A stretch of DNA of 64,000 bases from the human T2T-CHM13v2.0 reference genome, Homo sapiens, in the NCBI RefSeq assembly GCF_009914755.1, contig NC_060927.1; one strand, given 5' to 3'. Below, in pieces: positions 45,978-58,357 of the stretch; within the stretch, counting starts at the first letter, position 1; each line of letters begins with the position of its first letter. Position numbers and translations under genes: made by a program. The notes beneath the pieces were generated by a model. That model saw only the letters and a program-made list of their open reading frames with translations. It was not told the origin of the DNA and made no database searches.

Positions 45978-46289
45978 GGCGGGGCATGATGGCTCACGCC
46001 TGTAATCCCAGCATTTTGAGAGGCCGAGGGGGGCAAATCACTTGAGGTTAAGAGTTTGAGACAAGCCTGGCCAACATGGCAAAACCGCATCTCTACTAAA
46101 AATACAAAAATTAGCTGTATGTGGTGGTGCACACCTGTGATCCCCGCTACTGAGGAGGCTGAGGCAGGAGAATCGCTTCAACCCAGAAGGTGGAGACTGA
46201 AGTGAGCCGAGATCGTGCTGCTGCACTCTAACCTGGGTGACAGAGTGAGACTCCATCTCAAAAAAGAAAAAATAAAAATAAAAAAATTA
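45978..46289 (+). mobile_element. AluS
   Basis: Full Alu; TSD aagaaattcta / aagaaagtcta. Confidence 0.95.
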
Positions 46290-46910
46290 AAGAAAGTCTA
46301 TTAATATAAAAAAGAGATTTAATTTACTTATAAAATATTTATAAAGATTTCTGGATTTACCATAGTAGGAAAAAGTTTTTTTTATTTATTGTTTATTTTA
46401 TCCTGTTAAAAACTATCCAAAGTCAATAAGCACAACAATTTTTTGAAATCCCATCTTTGGTGAAAGTACTATTTGTTTGAAACTCGAAACCACACAATAC
46501 AAGAGGAGTATGGTTTGGCCCTAAGAGCTTCACTGTGCTCAATTTATTTCCAAACAGAAGTAGTGGGGCTGACCCATATTTATGGCCAGAATTCTGTCAG
46601 GAAAGCAATGAGAAGACTGTGGTTTGAACAGTTCTTTGTCTGACAAACTCAGGTAGTTGGTGAGAAACAAAAACTAAATAGTGATTCCTAGCTCTTACTC
46701 TACTTTTGGATCACTTGAGAAAGTTTTGAAAATACATATGCTAGGGTCTCAAACCAGTGATCCAGGTGCAATTCTCTTGGGACATTGTGTAGATTGTCAT
46801 TTATTTTTTAGTTCTCCAGTTTACACTACACAAAGCTATTGTGTAATACTTTCTCAATGAGGGCTAAGAGAGCTCACTCACATACAGTTCTCTATCGTAA
46901 GGAATATTCC

Positions 46911-47070
46911 TTTTTTTAATGATTATACTTTAAGTTTTAGGGTACATGTGCATAACGTGCAGGTTTGTTACATATGTATACATGCGCCATGTTGGTGTGC
47001 TGCACCCATTAACTCATCATTTAGCATTAGGTATATCTCCTAATGCTATCCCTCCCCCCTCCCCCCACCC
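46911..47070 (-). mobile_element. Young L1PA 3' stub (about 160 bp)
   Basis: attatactttaagttttagggtacatgtgca...gcattaggtatatctcctaatgctatccctcccccctccccccaccc. Confidence 0.92.
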
Positions 47071-49689
47071 TGATGGCCTGTCAATTATCCCAGTCTTTTC
47101 TCCACACCAAAGTCCAAAAAATCAGCTTATCAATGAAGAACTCACCTAACTGAAAGACAAATGATTCATTCTTGTTGAATCAGTCTCCGTGCTAGAGAGG
47201 AAAAGAAAAACAAATTTTAAAAGGTGAACATTCAAAGTAAATTTCTGCCAAAAAGGATGAAATTTCTAAACTTCTAAAATACGATGCAGTTTTTTAAAAA
47301 CTTAATGAAGACATTGTACAGGAGCTTAGGGAAAGACATGACAAGATCATAGAAACAAAAAAGTCATAACCACCAACCTTACCTTCACAGTTAAACGCCA
47401 CTCATATCCTTTTCCCTGATCCCAGACTTCCTTTATATCTAATTCCTTCTCAATTTCAAGAAGATTTCTATTTGGCTTTAGTGTCCTACTGACCTTTTTA
47501 CTACATTTCTAATAAGCTGATGGTGAATGTTGTGATTTAGGTTTGGGAGAGTCATTTTCAGATTTGCTATTCAACACTAATGTTTCGAACATTTTGAGTT
47601 TTCTGAAGTGAGAACAATTACAAATTAATGATCCTTTCTTTCTCAAATTGAAAACAACTTTAGATGATATGAAACTGCTCAGACAACACCGTAACTGCAA
47701 AAACACTCACCAGCTCAATTCAAATCACATGCAAAATTTTATTTTTTACTGAAATCAATTTGAATATCCTAAAGATATTCTATATGTAATCCACCTAATT
47801 ATAAATAGTATATTTGAAGAAGTGTCCAATTTCCTATTTTTATAGAGTGTTGTGTTTACATTTCTGAGGAAAATTGAATATATGAAAGAATGATATTATC
47901 TATTAATCAAAAAAATAGACAAATCCAGGCAGGAGAGGGAGAGATGATTAAACATTGACCTATTAACACTCTACAAACTTATACTAGATTGATTCTTGCT
48001 AGAAGCATTGAAGAATGCATTCCATTTCCTATGGCTGTTTCAGATCCCATAGGGTAAAGTCCTCTGGTCACAGCTATTGCTTGGACTCTGTTCTTTCTCA
48101 GTTCTTCTATTCTTACATGTGCAGGCTACTCCTTTTTTTAATCCAATTTTTCTTAGCTAAAATATAATCATAAATGAATTCCAATCTGATATATAAATAT
48201 GATAATTGTGAACATAAAGTAAATGTTCATATTCATAATATAAGACACTAATAAACTTCCAAATCTGGATTCAATCTTAATTCTAATAGTTATTTTCATA
48301 GTTATTTGAATGTGCTTAATGCTCCCATGAAGACATTTCATTTTTATTGAAGGAATTCTTTTCCTTTGTGTTCAACATAAAATAAGTGGTTTGATTTTGC
48401 TCAAAATTATGGATAGTCTTTTCAGTAAAGCTTGAAAATGGCAGACAGATTTCTTCTTTGTAAGGAGGTGATATAAAGAACTGACATTTTGATAGACGTC
48501 ATGATACATAAGCTTTCAAGTTGATGGCATGGTAGCAAGAAACACTAAGGTAATCTTTCCCTCATTGTTTTTCTCTTTTTAAAGATTTTATGAACTTAAA
48601 CTGTTGGACAAAATTTGGTTTTATTTAAAATAACCTCTTACACATATGGATGATTCGACCAACTACTATAAAATGTTAATAATGTAATTACTTGATGGTA
48701 GAAAGTCCTATTAATATTCAGTTGTAATGATGGCCATATATTTTGATGGTATCTCAAGATTAATAGCACCTGACATTTTTATCACACCTAACAGTATTTA
48801 GATGCGTCTATGTATGGAATTTCAATTTCTCTTAAGATGCCTCTTCCTTTTTTCCTGAAGTTCTTTCCTTTCTGTCTCCACTGCTACCACTGGGGTTGAG
48901 TTACACAGATTCATTACTATACCCTCACTTATCAAGGTAGTCACAGGTGGGAAAATGCAGAAATAAAAATCCTTTCCCTATATATTAGTTGAACTGTGAC
49001 AGCCTGATAATTTGCAAAGAATAATACTTAAATAAGTGGGGAGAAAGTGTTTCAGGAAATTGTGATCCCCATCAAAGCACATGAAATTCATTCCCAGGTG
49101 CTTAGTGCCACAACTTTTTTCCCAAAGACTTTATTAATAGAGACAGTGGAAGGAAAACTCATTAATTTTATTACATGGGACAGATGGTGGCTATTTAATG
49201 TTCTTGTTAGGCTTAACAAATACTTCTCCTGTCTTGAGGTTTAGATTTTCTCAGCAAGTTCAATGCCCCAATCCTAAATTTAAAACAAAATAATAGTAAT
49301 TACTGAAAGCAGAAAATTAAAATTCCACATTAAATTTTCAAAATTAACATTGAGCAGTTAATTCTTATTCATGGAAGTGAATTAAATTCATCTTTGAAGA
49401 AGACAACTTCTTTTCATGAAAAACCATCATAATGGCCTTTTGGTTTTGCATTTGTTATTCCAGAGGTAAGAATAAGAAGCAACCCGAAAGACAAAGTCTA
49501 AGACTGTGAAAAAGTCTTTTTGTATTGTAATTTAGTATATATTTTAAAAGAGTCAAGTACAAATAGCCCTTGTTGCTTCCTTTGGTAAGATGTTTCTTGA
49601 CTCCATATAAACCTAGAGACTGTAGTGTCATGAATTGCTGGAAAATGTTATTACAGAGTTTTTTGTTTTGTTTTGTTTTGCTTGCATTT

Positions 49690-50495
49690 GTTGCAGATTG
49701 GATTCCCAGCAAATAGTCTCTGAGATGGAGTTTAGTGTTTAGGATATTAACTATGGAGTGCCTTTGGAGTCAATACAAGAGGGAGAGAAGGAAAGAAAAC
49801 TGTGAAGAACAAGAAGTCAATTTGCGGCAGCCACCACAGCTTAACTTATGGTGAGGTGTGGATCCTTTAGAATTGTCTCATGTTGGGCTAAGATGGCCAA
49901 ACCTTAGACTTCTAGTTCAATCAATCACGGGAAGTGGGCTGACCTGGGAAGGGAAATGACTTTAAGCAAAGTGGCTGTCTTAAGCAGAGTCTAATCCTCG
50001 CAGGAGCTAACAGCTGAAGGCTATATGCCGATAGTAATTCCAGAAGAAGGGGCAACAAGTCCAACGTGGAAGGGTACATCAGAGTTTTCACCACAGTTCA
50101 TCTCTTACATAACTCAAATTCACCTCTGCATATACATCCTGGCAGACCTATCATCTGGAGGAAAATTTAGCAAAGCAGGTCAATGGGACAAAAACACCCT
50201 TTGCCCCTGCCAACGGATGTGCAATGTCTCTCCTCTCCACTACCCATTTTAGATTCCCCATAATATCATCTAGTACCTCTGCTAGTACCTAGTGACATGA
50301 CCTGTGGCTCTAAGCCCCTGGTCACCATGGCCTTCTCAGGTTAGTGTGCTGTGAGAAGTTGCCCATTTATCATCAAAACTGGGCAAGGGATTTCCAAAAA
50401 CACCTAAATAGATTACCCTGATAACATTTTTTCTTTCCCTCTTTATGCAGCAGCAGCAGCCCTGGACCTCATTTTATTTCCAGGAATTGGGTCAG
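49690..50495 (-). mobile_element. LTR16/LTR33-like ERVL LTR plus probable adjacent internal sequence
   Basis: tgttgcagattggattcccagcaaatagtctctgagatggagtttag...; similar to 21832-22545. Confidence 0.55.
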
Positions 50496-50695
50496 TACGG
50501 TGAGAAATAGAAATGAAATTCGAAGCTCCTCAGCTAACTGAATGGACCCATCTTGGCCAATGGGACTCCAGAGCAACCTTGAAAACTGAGATTTTGGCCC
50601 TGATGAGTAGGAGGTCAGACATGTTGTTATATCCCCTCCCTCCCTAACTGTCATTAGGCTTTCATTCCTAAGGGCTAAACAGAAAGCAGCTCTTT

Positions 50696-51367
50696 TTTTT
50701 TTTAAATGAAGAAGTTTATTTGACTCACAGTTCTGGCAGAAAGCATGGCTGGGAGGCCTCAGGAAACTTGCAATTATGGTGGAAGGTGAAGGGGAAGCAA
50801 GCATGTCTCACCATGGTGGAGCAGGAGAGACAGAGCAAAGGGGAAAGTGCTACACACTTTTTTTTGAGACAGGGTCTTGCTCTGTTGCTCAGGTTGAAGT
50901 GTAGGGGCGCAATTTCAGCTCACCGCAACCCCCACCTCCTGGGCTCAAGCAGTGCTCCCACCTCAGCCTCCCCAGTAGCTGGGACTACAGGCAGGTGCCA
51001 CTACACCTGGGTAATTTTTGTAGAGATGGAGTTTCGCCATGTTGCCCAGGCTGGTTTCAAACTCCTGAGCTCAAGCCATCTGCCCACCTTGGCCTCCCAA
51101 AGTGCTGGGATTATAGGCATGAGCCACTGCACCCACCCATGCTAGACACTTTTAAACAAGATCTTATGAGAACTCACTATCATGAGAACAGGAAGGGAGA
51201 AACCTGCCCCCACGATCTAATCACCTCCCACTAGGTCACTCCCTCAACATCGGGAATTATAACATGAGACTTGGGTGGGGACACAGAATCAAACCATATC
51301 ACTGTCATAGGATCCTAAATATTGTTTCTGACCAAGGAACTCATTTGCTGTGAGATTAATGAGAGGA
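50696..51367 (-). mobile_element. Retroposed transcript: 66 bp non-LTR sequence plus MSTA-like LTR (50704-51301) ending at its poly(A) site, then an A tail
   Basis: TSD taaacagaaagcag(c/g)tcttt at 50676-50695 and 51368-51387; T11 tract; minus-strand AATAAA at 50715-50720; LTR 5' end aaaccatatca at 51301. Confidence 0.85.
50858..51138 (-). mobile_element. AluJ(b) within the MST LTR
   Basis: gagacagggtcttgct...gggctcaagc...ctcctgagctcaagc (J diagnostics); TSD tgcta(c/g)acactttt. Confidence 0.92.
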
Positions 51368-51859
51368 TAAACAGAAAGCAGGTCTTTCAAAAGACTCCTT
51401 GGCTGCTATCAGGCCTACATCAACCAACTGCCTGATGCTGCTCCTCCCTTCTGCAGTTTCCATGCAACAATTGATCAGCATTTCTTCCTGATAAGAGACC
51501 ACCCATGGAGTGGTTCTGGCCAAGCCAATCTATATGCAACTCATGAAGGGGCATGAAGTTCCATTGCGCATGTGCATGTTTCTCCTTTCAAAGATATTCA
51601 TGACTCCTTCTACTTTATTAAATATGTATATTCTACCACCCTGCTCAGCATCAATTCCTGTTCCCTTTGTCCTTCCCTTTAAGTGTCTGTTTCTGGCTTC
51701 TGGCCAGAGGCTATGCTTTCCAGTCTGTCAGAATGGCCACCCTGCAGGCTGCAATGCTTTATGAAAAATAAAGCTTTCCTTTCCAAATGTATGAGCCTCA
51801 TTATTCTTGGGTTGACAATGGATACATTCTTTATATTAAAAATAAAACCCACAGTACCT

Positions 51860-52070
51860 AAACATTTGAATTAGACCATCTTAAATTTGAATTCTCATTA
51901 TTTGCTAGCTAGGATTGTGGGCAGGTTACCTAAATGATCATACCTTAGTATCATTCCTGTAAAATACCAATGGTAATACCTACACTGAAGTTTTGTGAAA
52001 GGATTGAAGACAATGTAAAATGACTTGCAAAATACCCTGACACATAGCAGTGCACAAGAAATGTCAATGA
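51860..52070 (+). mobile_element. MIR fragment
   Basis: tgggcaggttacctaaa...cctgtaaaat...aatacctacactgaagttttgtgaaaggattga...cctgacacatag. Confidence 0.6.
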
Positions 52071-52544
52071 TTCTCACAAAAGTTAATTTTCTACATGGTT
52101 TACCTTTGCACGCCTATCTGATAGATAAGAAAAATGGGAACAGAGAGAGTTAGAAATGTTTAAACTGCAATCACATTAGCAGTTTGTCTAAATAAATACG
52201 TTTGCTATGTATCATTTGAACACCATTGAAAGGTCCCTTTGATTATTGCTGTTTACCTATTTGTTCTGCTTGGCAATTCTTGTTTGTCCCAGGGCAGCTC
52301 TCTAAAGACTTGCATTTAGTTATATTGCAAACAGACTGGTATGTGGAATCATTTGGTGAGAAGTTTAGAAGGTGCATTTCACCTTTAGATTTCCCTTAAT
52401 TATTAAGTGGAAATAATTTCTATGATCCATGGTTCATCTCACTTTCATAAAAACCAATACAGATAATTTTTCAATATATTAAAGACATTTAAATAGCTAA
52501 CAGTTGATATACTAATGAGTAGATTGATATACTTAGTTGATGTA

Positions 52545-52590
52545 TTAGGTTGGTGCAAAAGTAATTGTGGTTTTTGCCATTAAAAGTAAT
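52545..52590. mobile_element. Half MADE1 (Hsmar1 MITE): one TIR arm plus spacer
   Basis: TA|ttaggttggtgcaaaagtaattgtggtttttgccattaaaagtaat; second arm absent. Confidence 0.88.
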
Positions 52591-52653
52591 ATAAACAGTT
52601 AATATATTGATAGGTACGTAGGTATCCTCCCTTTTTTTCACCATCATGAATGG

Positions 52654-53135
52654 TGTGAAAGATTGCACTAATGGCCCCAATTTTTTACCTCTCCCAGTAT
52701 TGACTCCATTTGTCAAGTAACTTTGTGGTGGTTTTTACTGTAAGTGGAGATTCTTTCTCACCGCCAGATTCTTGAATTGAACATATGCTTGCTCTGTTAA
52801 TGAAATTTCAGTAGACCTGTTGCAAGAAGAGGCATGCATTTCTGCTGTTACCATGAGAAGAACATGCCCCAGCTGCAGCCAGATCACAGGAAAGGATTAA
52901 GAAACATGTGGAACTGAGCTAAACCCAGTCATGTCCGTCTAGATTAGCTGACCTTTCAGCTGTGCCAGGATGTGTGAACGAACAAAGCTGAAGCCAGAGA
53001 ATCACCAAATGTAACTCAGCCTTGATCAGCCTATCCTCAGGCTTATGATCCTCAGCTTATCTGCATACTTGTGAAAAATGGTAAGTAGTTGCTATTTTAA
53101 GCCACTGAATTTTGTGTGGCTGTTACAAAGTTAAT
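52654..53135 (+). mobile_element. MLT1 (G/H-like) LTR
   Basis: tgtgaaagattgcactaatggccccaatt...ttgctattttaagccactgaattttg. Confidence 0.65.
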
Positions 53136-53289
53136 TTTCCTGAAATTGGTTAAATTTTCAGAATAGAATTTTTTTTTTCATTTTCTTCAGATATGTCATC
53201 TATTCATGAAATATCAGGTTATTGTCTGACATTAGAAGCTCTAGGCATGAAACACATCTGTCAACAGCAAGAATAAGAATAACTCGTTT

Positions 53290-54030
<741 letters not shown>

Positions 54031-56309
54031 TGTTAAAGAATAATTTTAACTAGGGAAAATTTGTTAAAATTAGGAAAGTGTAAATCATATTAGTAGAAGA
54101 AATTTATGTGGTTAAATTTTAAAATTACATTAAATGAAGAGAGTACATTGGAGCTCTAAGTAAAGAAGATACTGGGTAAATCTGGAGTTGATTTCATTCA
54201 CTTCTGCTTTATTGAGGATGTGCTTGTAGAAAAACTTCATTCTCTTTATGTTCTACACTCTTAGTTTCAGAAACTTATAGTTTCCTAAATATAGTCTCTT
54301 GAATCATTGTTAAATTTTGCATTTTTTTTTTGCTAAAGAGTAAAAGGGAAAAAGAAACCTCAAAATCTTGAGAAATTTATGAACTCCTTGTAAGTATTGA
54401 TCATGAAACTGTGCAGTCAACTTATGAAAATATGAAACTGTAATACACATGAAAAATGAAATTTCACTTCCATTCTTCCATTATGTTGCTTAACAACATC
54501 AAGGCTTTCCATTGAGTATGGGAATTACAAGTGTAAACATTTTTAAGGGGACATAAAGAGGACAATCATTTGGGACTAACACTAGTGATTTCACTTCAAG
54601 TTAGTAAGATGGCTGGGTAGTTATACCTGGGAGTAGAACGGAAAACTTTTAGCTTAATGAAAACGCTTCAGTCTATTCTCAAAGAAGCCTATTACCAATG
54701 ACGTTGGGAAAACAAACTTAACTTGCAAGTTAAACAGGAGAGTCACAAAAAAACTACTACTTAAATAGAGTCCAGAATTGGAAAATAGCAGAAGAAACCA
54801 AGCAAAAAGAGCAAGAAATATTGAGGTCCTGGTCCATGGCCATTTGCCTGTTGCCCTGAGGCATCTTAGAGGCAGAGGAGACATCTGATTCTTGCTGATC
54901 TGACACATAGAAGGCACAATAAATACAGCAGGGGATGTGCATTCACAAATATCGCTAAAGGAAGGAAGACACCACTCAAAATATTATGGTATTGTTAAAC
55001 AATTCAAAAGACAGATCTCTAAGAAAAAAAAAGAGAAGCATCCAAATTTTTGAAGTATCAAGCAAAAAGGTAATGCATTTATCATAAAATAAAAATTTGG
55101 AGACTGTGGAAGTAGCAGTAATGTTTTAAAAAGAAGAAGCTTAATATTCTGTTCCTTACACAATTGCTCCATCCTGCATGGTTTTGTTATTAATACAACA
55201 TACACATCAGGGTTGAAGAGATTTATACATACCCCAGAGAAATTGTATAAGTTGTTCTCTGTTTCTCCAATACAGTTGCAAACCCTGAAGCAGCTCAATG
55301 TACTGCATATTAATGGGCTTTCAGATATTCTCCAGGAAGTTATTAGAAAAGGGTTGGCAATGAGCTCTGATTACTGTAATCTGATAATCTCCAGTGGAAA
55401 GCATTAACAATATGAATTTCGAGAAGTTAACAAATCTCTCAAGACCAGGGGAAATCTGATAGTCCAACACGGGGAAAATAAAAACAATATGTTTTGCGAA
55501 TTACTCTTCTTGTATTTTGCTTTTGGAGGTCAGATATTTCAGAGGGGACTTTTTAAAGCTGAAAATTAAAATCCAGTAGATTTTATTAAAATAGAGAAGC
55601 TTTTATAATATTTTATGAAAATAGAATGTTAAATAGGCAATGGCTAAATGTAACTACAATTTAACTATTACTGAATGTCAAATCAAGTGAGTCAAAACAT
55701 TGCAAATATTAGGATAAATTTTAGAACCTAATTTAGGACTATAATTCACATGTAAATCAGATTTTAACTCAATTTTAATTCAGTTGTACTTTTTTTCTCG
55801 TTTTGCTATTTAAGGAGTTGATAAAGTAGAATGGTAAAAGTTTCTGCTGGTATCTGCTATTTTATCTGCTATACAGAGCTTGAAGATTACTCTTTTTGGG
55901 GAAATTTCCCATTTTATGAGGCTCTGCAGAAAGCAAGCTCTTGATTCTCACTAGTAAAGCCAGAGAATCCAAGTGTGTCTCTCTTGTCCCATCTAAGATA
56001 GGAAAAAGGCTTAAGAAATAACTTAAAGGACAATTTTTCTTCTCCCTGGAATTTCAAATCTGGTAGGAGTGATGGGAAAACACAAAGAGTTGAGAAATCA
56101 GTCACAGATAGAGTATTAAGAGCCCAAGCATAGTGACAGTGGCAAATTCAGCAATAGTGGCATTACTATCAGTTGACTTCCTACCAAATTGTCCTTTTGC
56201 TATGACTGTGTCTCTGATATCTTGCATTTCTAGGTTCCTGCCTCTGTTCTGAGCTGAGTATTTTTCTTCCAGTTTCTTTATAGATTCCATGAGATATACA
56301 ACATCTTTT

Positions 56310-56680
56310 CTAAGTCTTTGTTCAAAACATCTCAATGAAGATGTAACCTAGTATTATATGTAATACTATAATATGTAACCTAGTATTATAATGTAACCTA
56401 GTATTATAATGTCTTGGCCCTCTCCACACACCATACAACTTGCTCTTTAATTTCTCCTCACTGTGTACTATTTTTACAGCAGTTATTAATCTCTAATGTG
56501 AAATATAGCATATTTACTATGCTTATTATTTATGGTCCAATTCTACCTCCAGAATGTAGGTGTCATGAAGGCAGAGATCTTTATGTTATTCACTATTGAA
56601 TCTTAAAGCCTAACACAAGGCCTAGCATATAATACGAGTCAATAGGATTTATAAGATGGACCCATGAATGAATGAATGCT
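56310..56680 (+). mobile_element. L2 3' end containing a small (atgtaacctagtattat)x3 repeat at 56341-56410
   Basis: agaatgtaggtgtcatgaaggcagagat...cctagcatataat...atgaatgaatgaat. Confidence 0.7.
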
Positions 56681-56742
56681 CTCCCTTCTGTAGGACCTTT
56701 TCATTAACTACTCCTTTTGGAAAGTTCCTTCCTCATAGTCAC

Positions 56743-57091
56743 TGTTATGGACTGAATGTTTGTGTTACCCCAAAATGCTTATATTGAAATCCCAGCCCTG
56801 AATGTGATGATGTTAGGAGGCGGGACCTTTGGGAGGTAATTAGGTTATGAGAATGTAATCCTCATGAATGGGATTAGCGCCCTTATAAAAGGGATCCCAG
56901 GGAGTCTCTTGCCCTCTTTCCAGTGTATGAGGATACAATGAGAAGTTGACTGCAACCCAACCAGAAGAGGGCTCTCACCAGAACCCAGTCCTGCGGGCAC
57001 CCTGATATCAAACTATGAGGAATAAATTTCTTTTTAATTAAGCCACTAAGTATTAGGTATCTTGCTACAGCAGCTTGAATTGACTGAGACA
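56743..57091 (+). mobile_element. MLT1A/A0 solo LTR
   Basis: TGttatggactgaatgtttgtgttacccc ... gactgagaCA; perfect 5-bp TSD gtcac. Confidence 0.9.
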
Positions 57092-57939
57092 GTCACACAG
57101 CAGCTCTTTTTGATCATTTATTATTCAAAACCAAAAAGAAGTCTTTCCTAATAATACAATCTAAGAGCAGTACCAGTCACCTGCTGTCTCACCACTCTAT
57201 TTTCATGGTTCTTATCACTATTGAGTATTTTTTATTTATCTATTTTGTTTATATATACGGCTTCTCCCTCCCCACCCAATATTATGAGGTTCTGTAGAAA
57301 GCAAGCTCTTGATTCCCAAGGGGATTAATATTCACCTTTTAATCCCTAAGAACTAGAATAATGCCTGGCATATATCAGGCACACATAAGGCAAACATCAC
57401 ATTTTCATGAGATATTTGAAGAAATATCCACAAGGTTAGTGTGCCAAGTAAAAGGCATTACAAAAATTATATGTATATATGGTGGATCCAATGCAGAATT
57501 TAATAGGTCAAAGTCCCTCAATAGGTATTCTGCCAGTTTAGCAACCAGAAGAATGCTAAACAAGAGGACAGTATATGCTATTCTACTTTTGCTAGATTTC
57601 AACCATCATGATTTCTCTAAATTAAAACCTAGCTTTCAGACATGTAGCTAAAACCCATGGAGTGTTGAAACTCTTTATTATTTCCCCATTTCATGGAGTA
57701 TCTAGTGTTATAGGCAGAGAGAGCAGTTAATGCCAGCCCTAAGGTAAGAGCAGGCCTTGTAAGCTTGAAGAACAGAAAGGATTTCAGTATAAACAGAGGG
57801 GTTTGAGTGAGGATAAGAACAGAAATAGATGAGGCAACTTTTTTTCATACTGTTCTCTCCTCTGGTTCCATTTAATTGGCCCGAGGATAAACATCTGAGC
57901 CAGAAACAGAGTTTTGTTCTAGGATTTTTCAAACAAGAC

Positions 57940-58245
57940 CTTGTGAGACTTATATTCTCCAATGATGATGCTGTAAGACAGAAGATACAGGAGTTTCAGG
58001 CAACTATGTCTGTCTAATGGGAACCATATTGAGGAACATGAAGAAGCTGCACGTCACATATCATAGGCAATCTTATTAACCCAAAGAAATCGGTATTTTC
58101 TAGAAAAGTTTCAATCCTCAGTTGAATTCCCTAAAGCCCAGCTGCAACCCTGCCCTTTTAGAGTTTTTTTTTTTCTGATGATAAATTATATCTTTTACCC
58201 CTTAGGTTGAAGTAGGGTTTCTGTCACTTTTAACCAAAGAGCTTC
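57940..58245 (+). mobile_element. Old MLT1 (J/K-like) LTR fragment
   Basis: Ends ttgaagtagggtttctgtcacttttaaccaaagagc. Confidence 0.5.
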
Positions 58246-58309
58246 ACCTCCACCTAAATAGAAAAACAAAAAAGAATAAAATTCAGCTGCTTTGGTTGAG
58301 ACCTTGATT

Positions 58310-58357
58310 GTGCCTCAAAGCCCTGTCCATTTGGTGCCTCAAAGCCCTGTCCACTTG
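58310..58357. repeat. 24-bp tandem duplication
   Basis: gtgcctcaaagccctgtcca(t/c)ttg twice. Confidence 0.93.

Larger units (their letters stand above)
50501..51817 (+). mobile_element. ERV1 LTR (MER39-like), split by a retrocopy insertion
   Basis: TGagaaatagaaatgaaattc... to aaataaagc...gggttgaCA; the halves rejoin at the 20-bp duplicated site. Confidence 0.7.

Noticed and set aside
47495-47605. Possible minus-strand exon (ttctcacttcag acceptor ... aag/gtcagt donor)
   Set aside because: Such splice-like motifs occur by chance; no recognisable protein and no transcript evidence available.
55213-55407. 64-aa ORF spanning an acceptor-like pyrimidine tract
   Set aside because: No recognisable homology; cannot be supported from sequence alone.
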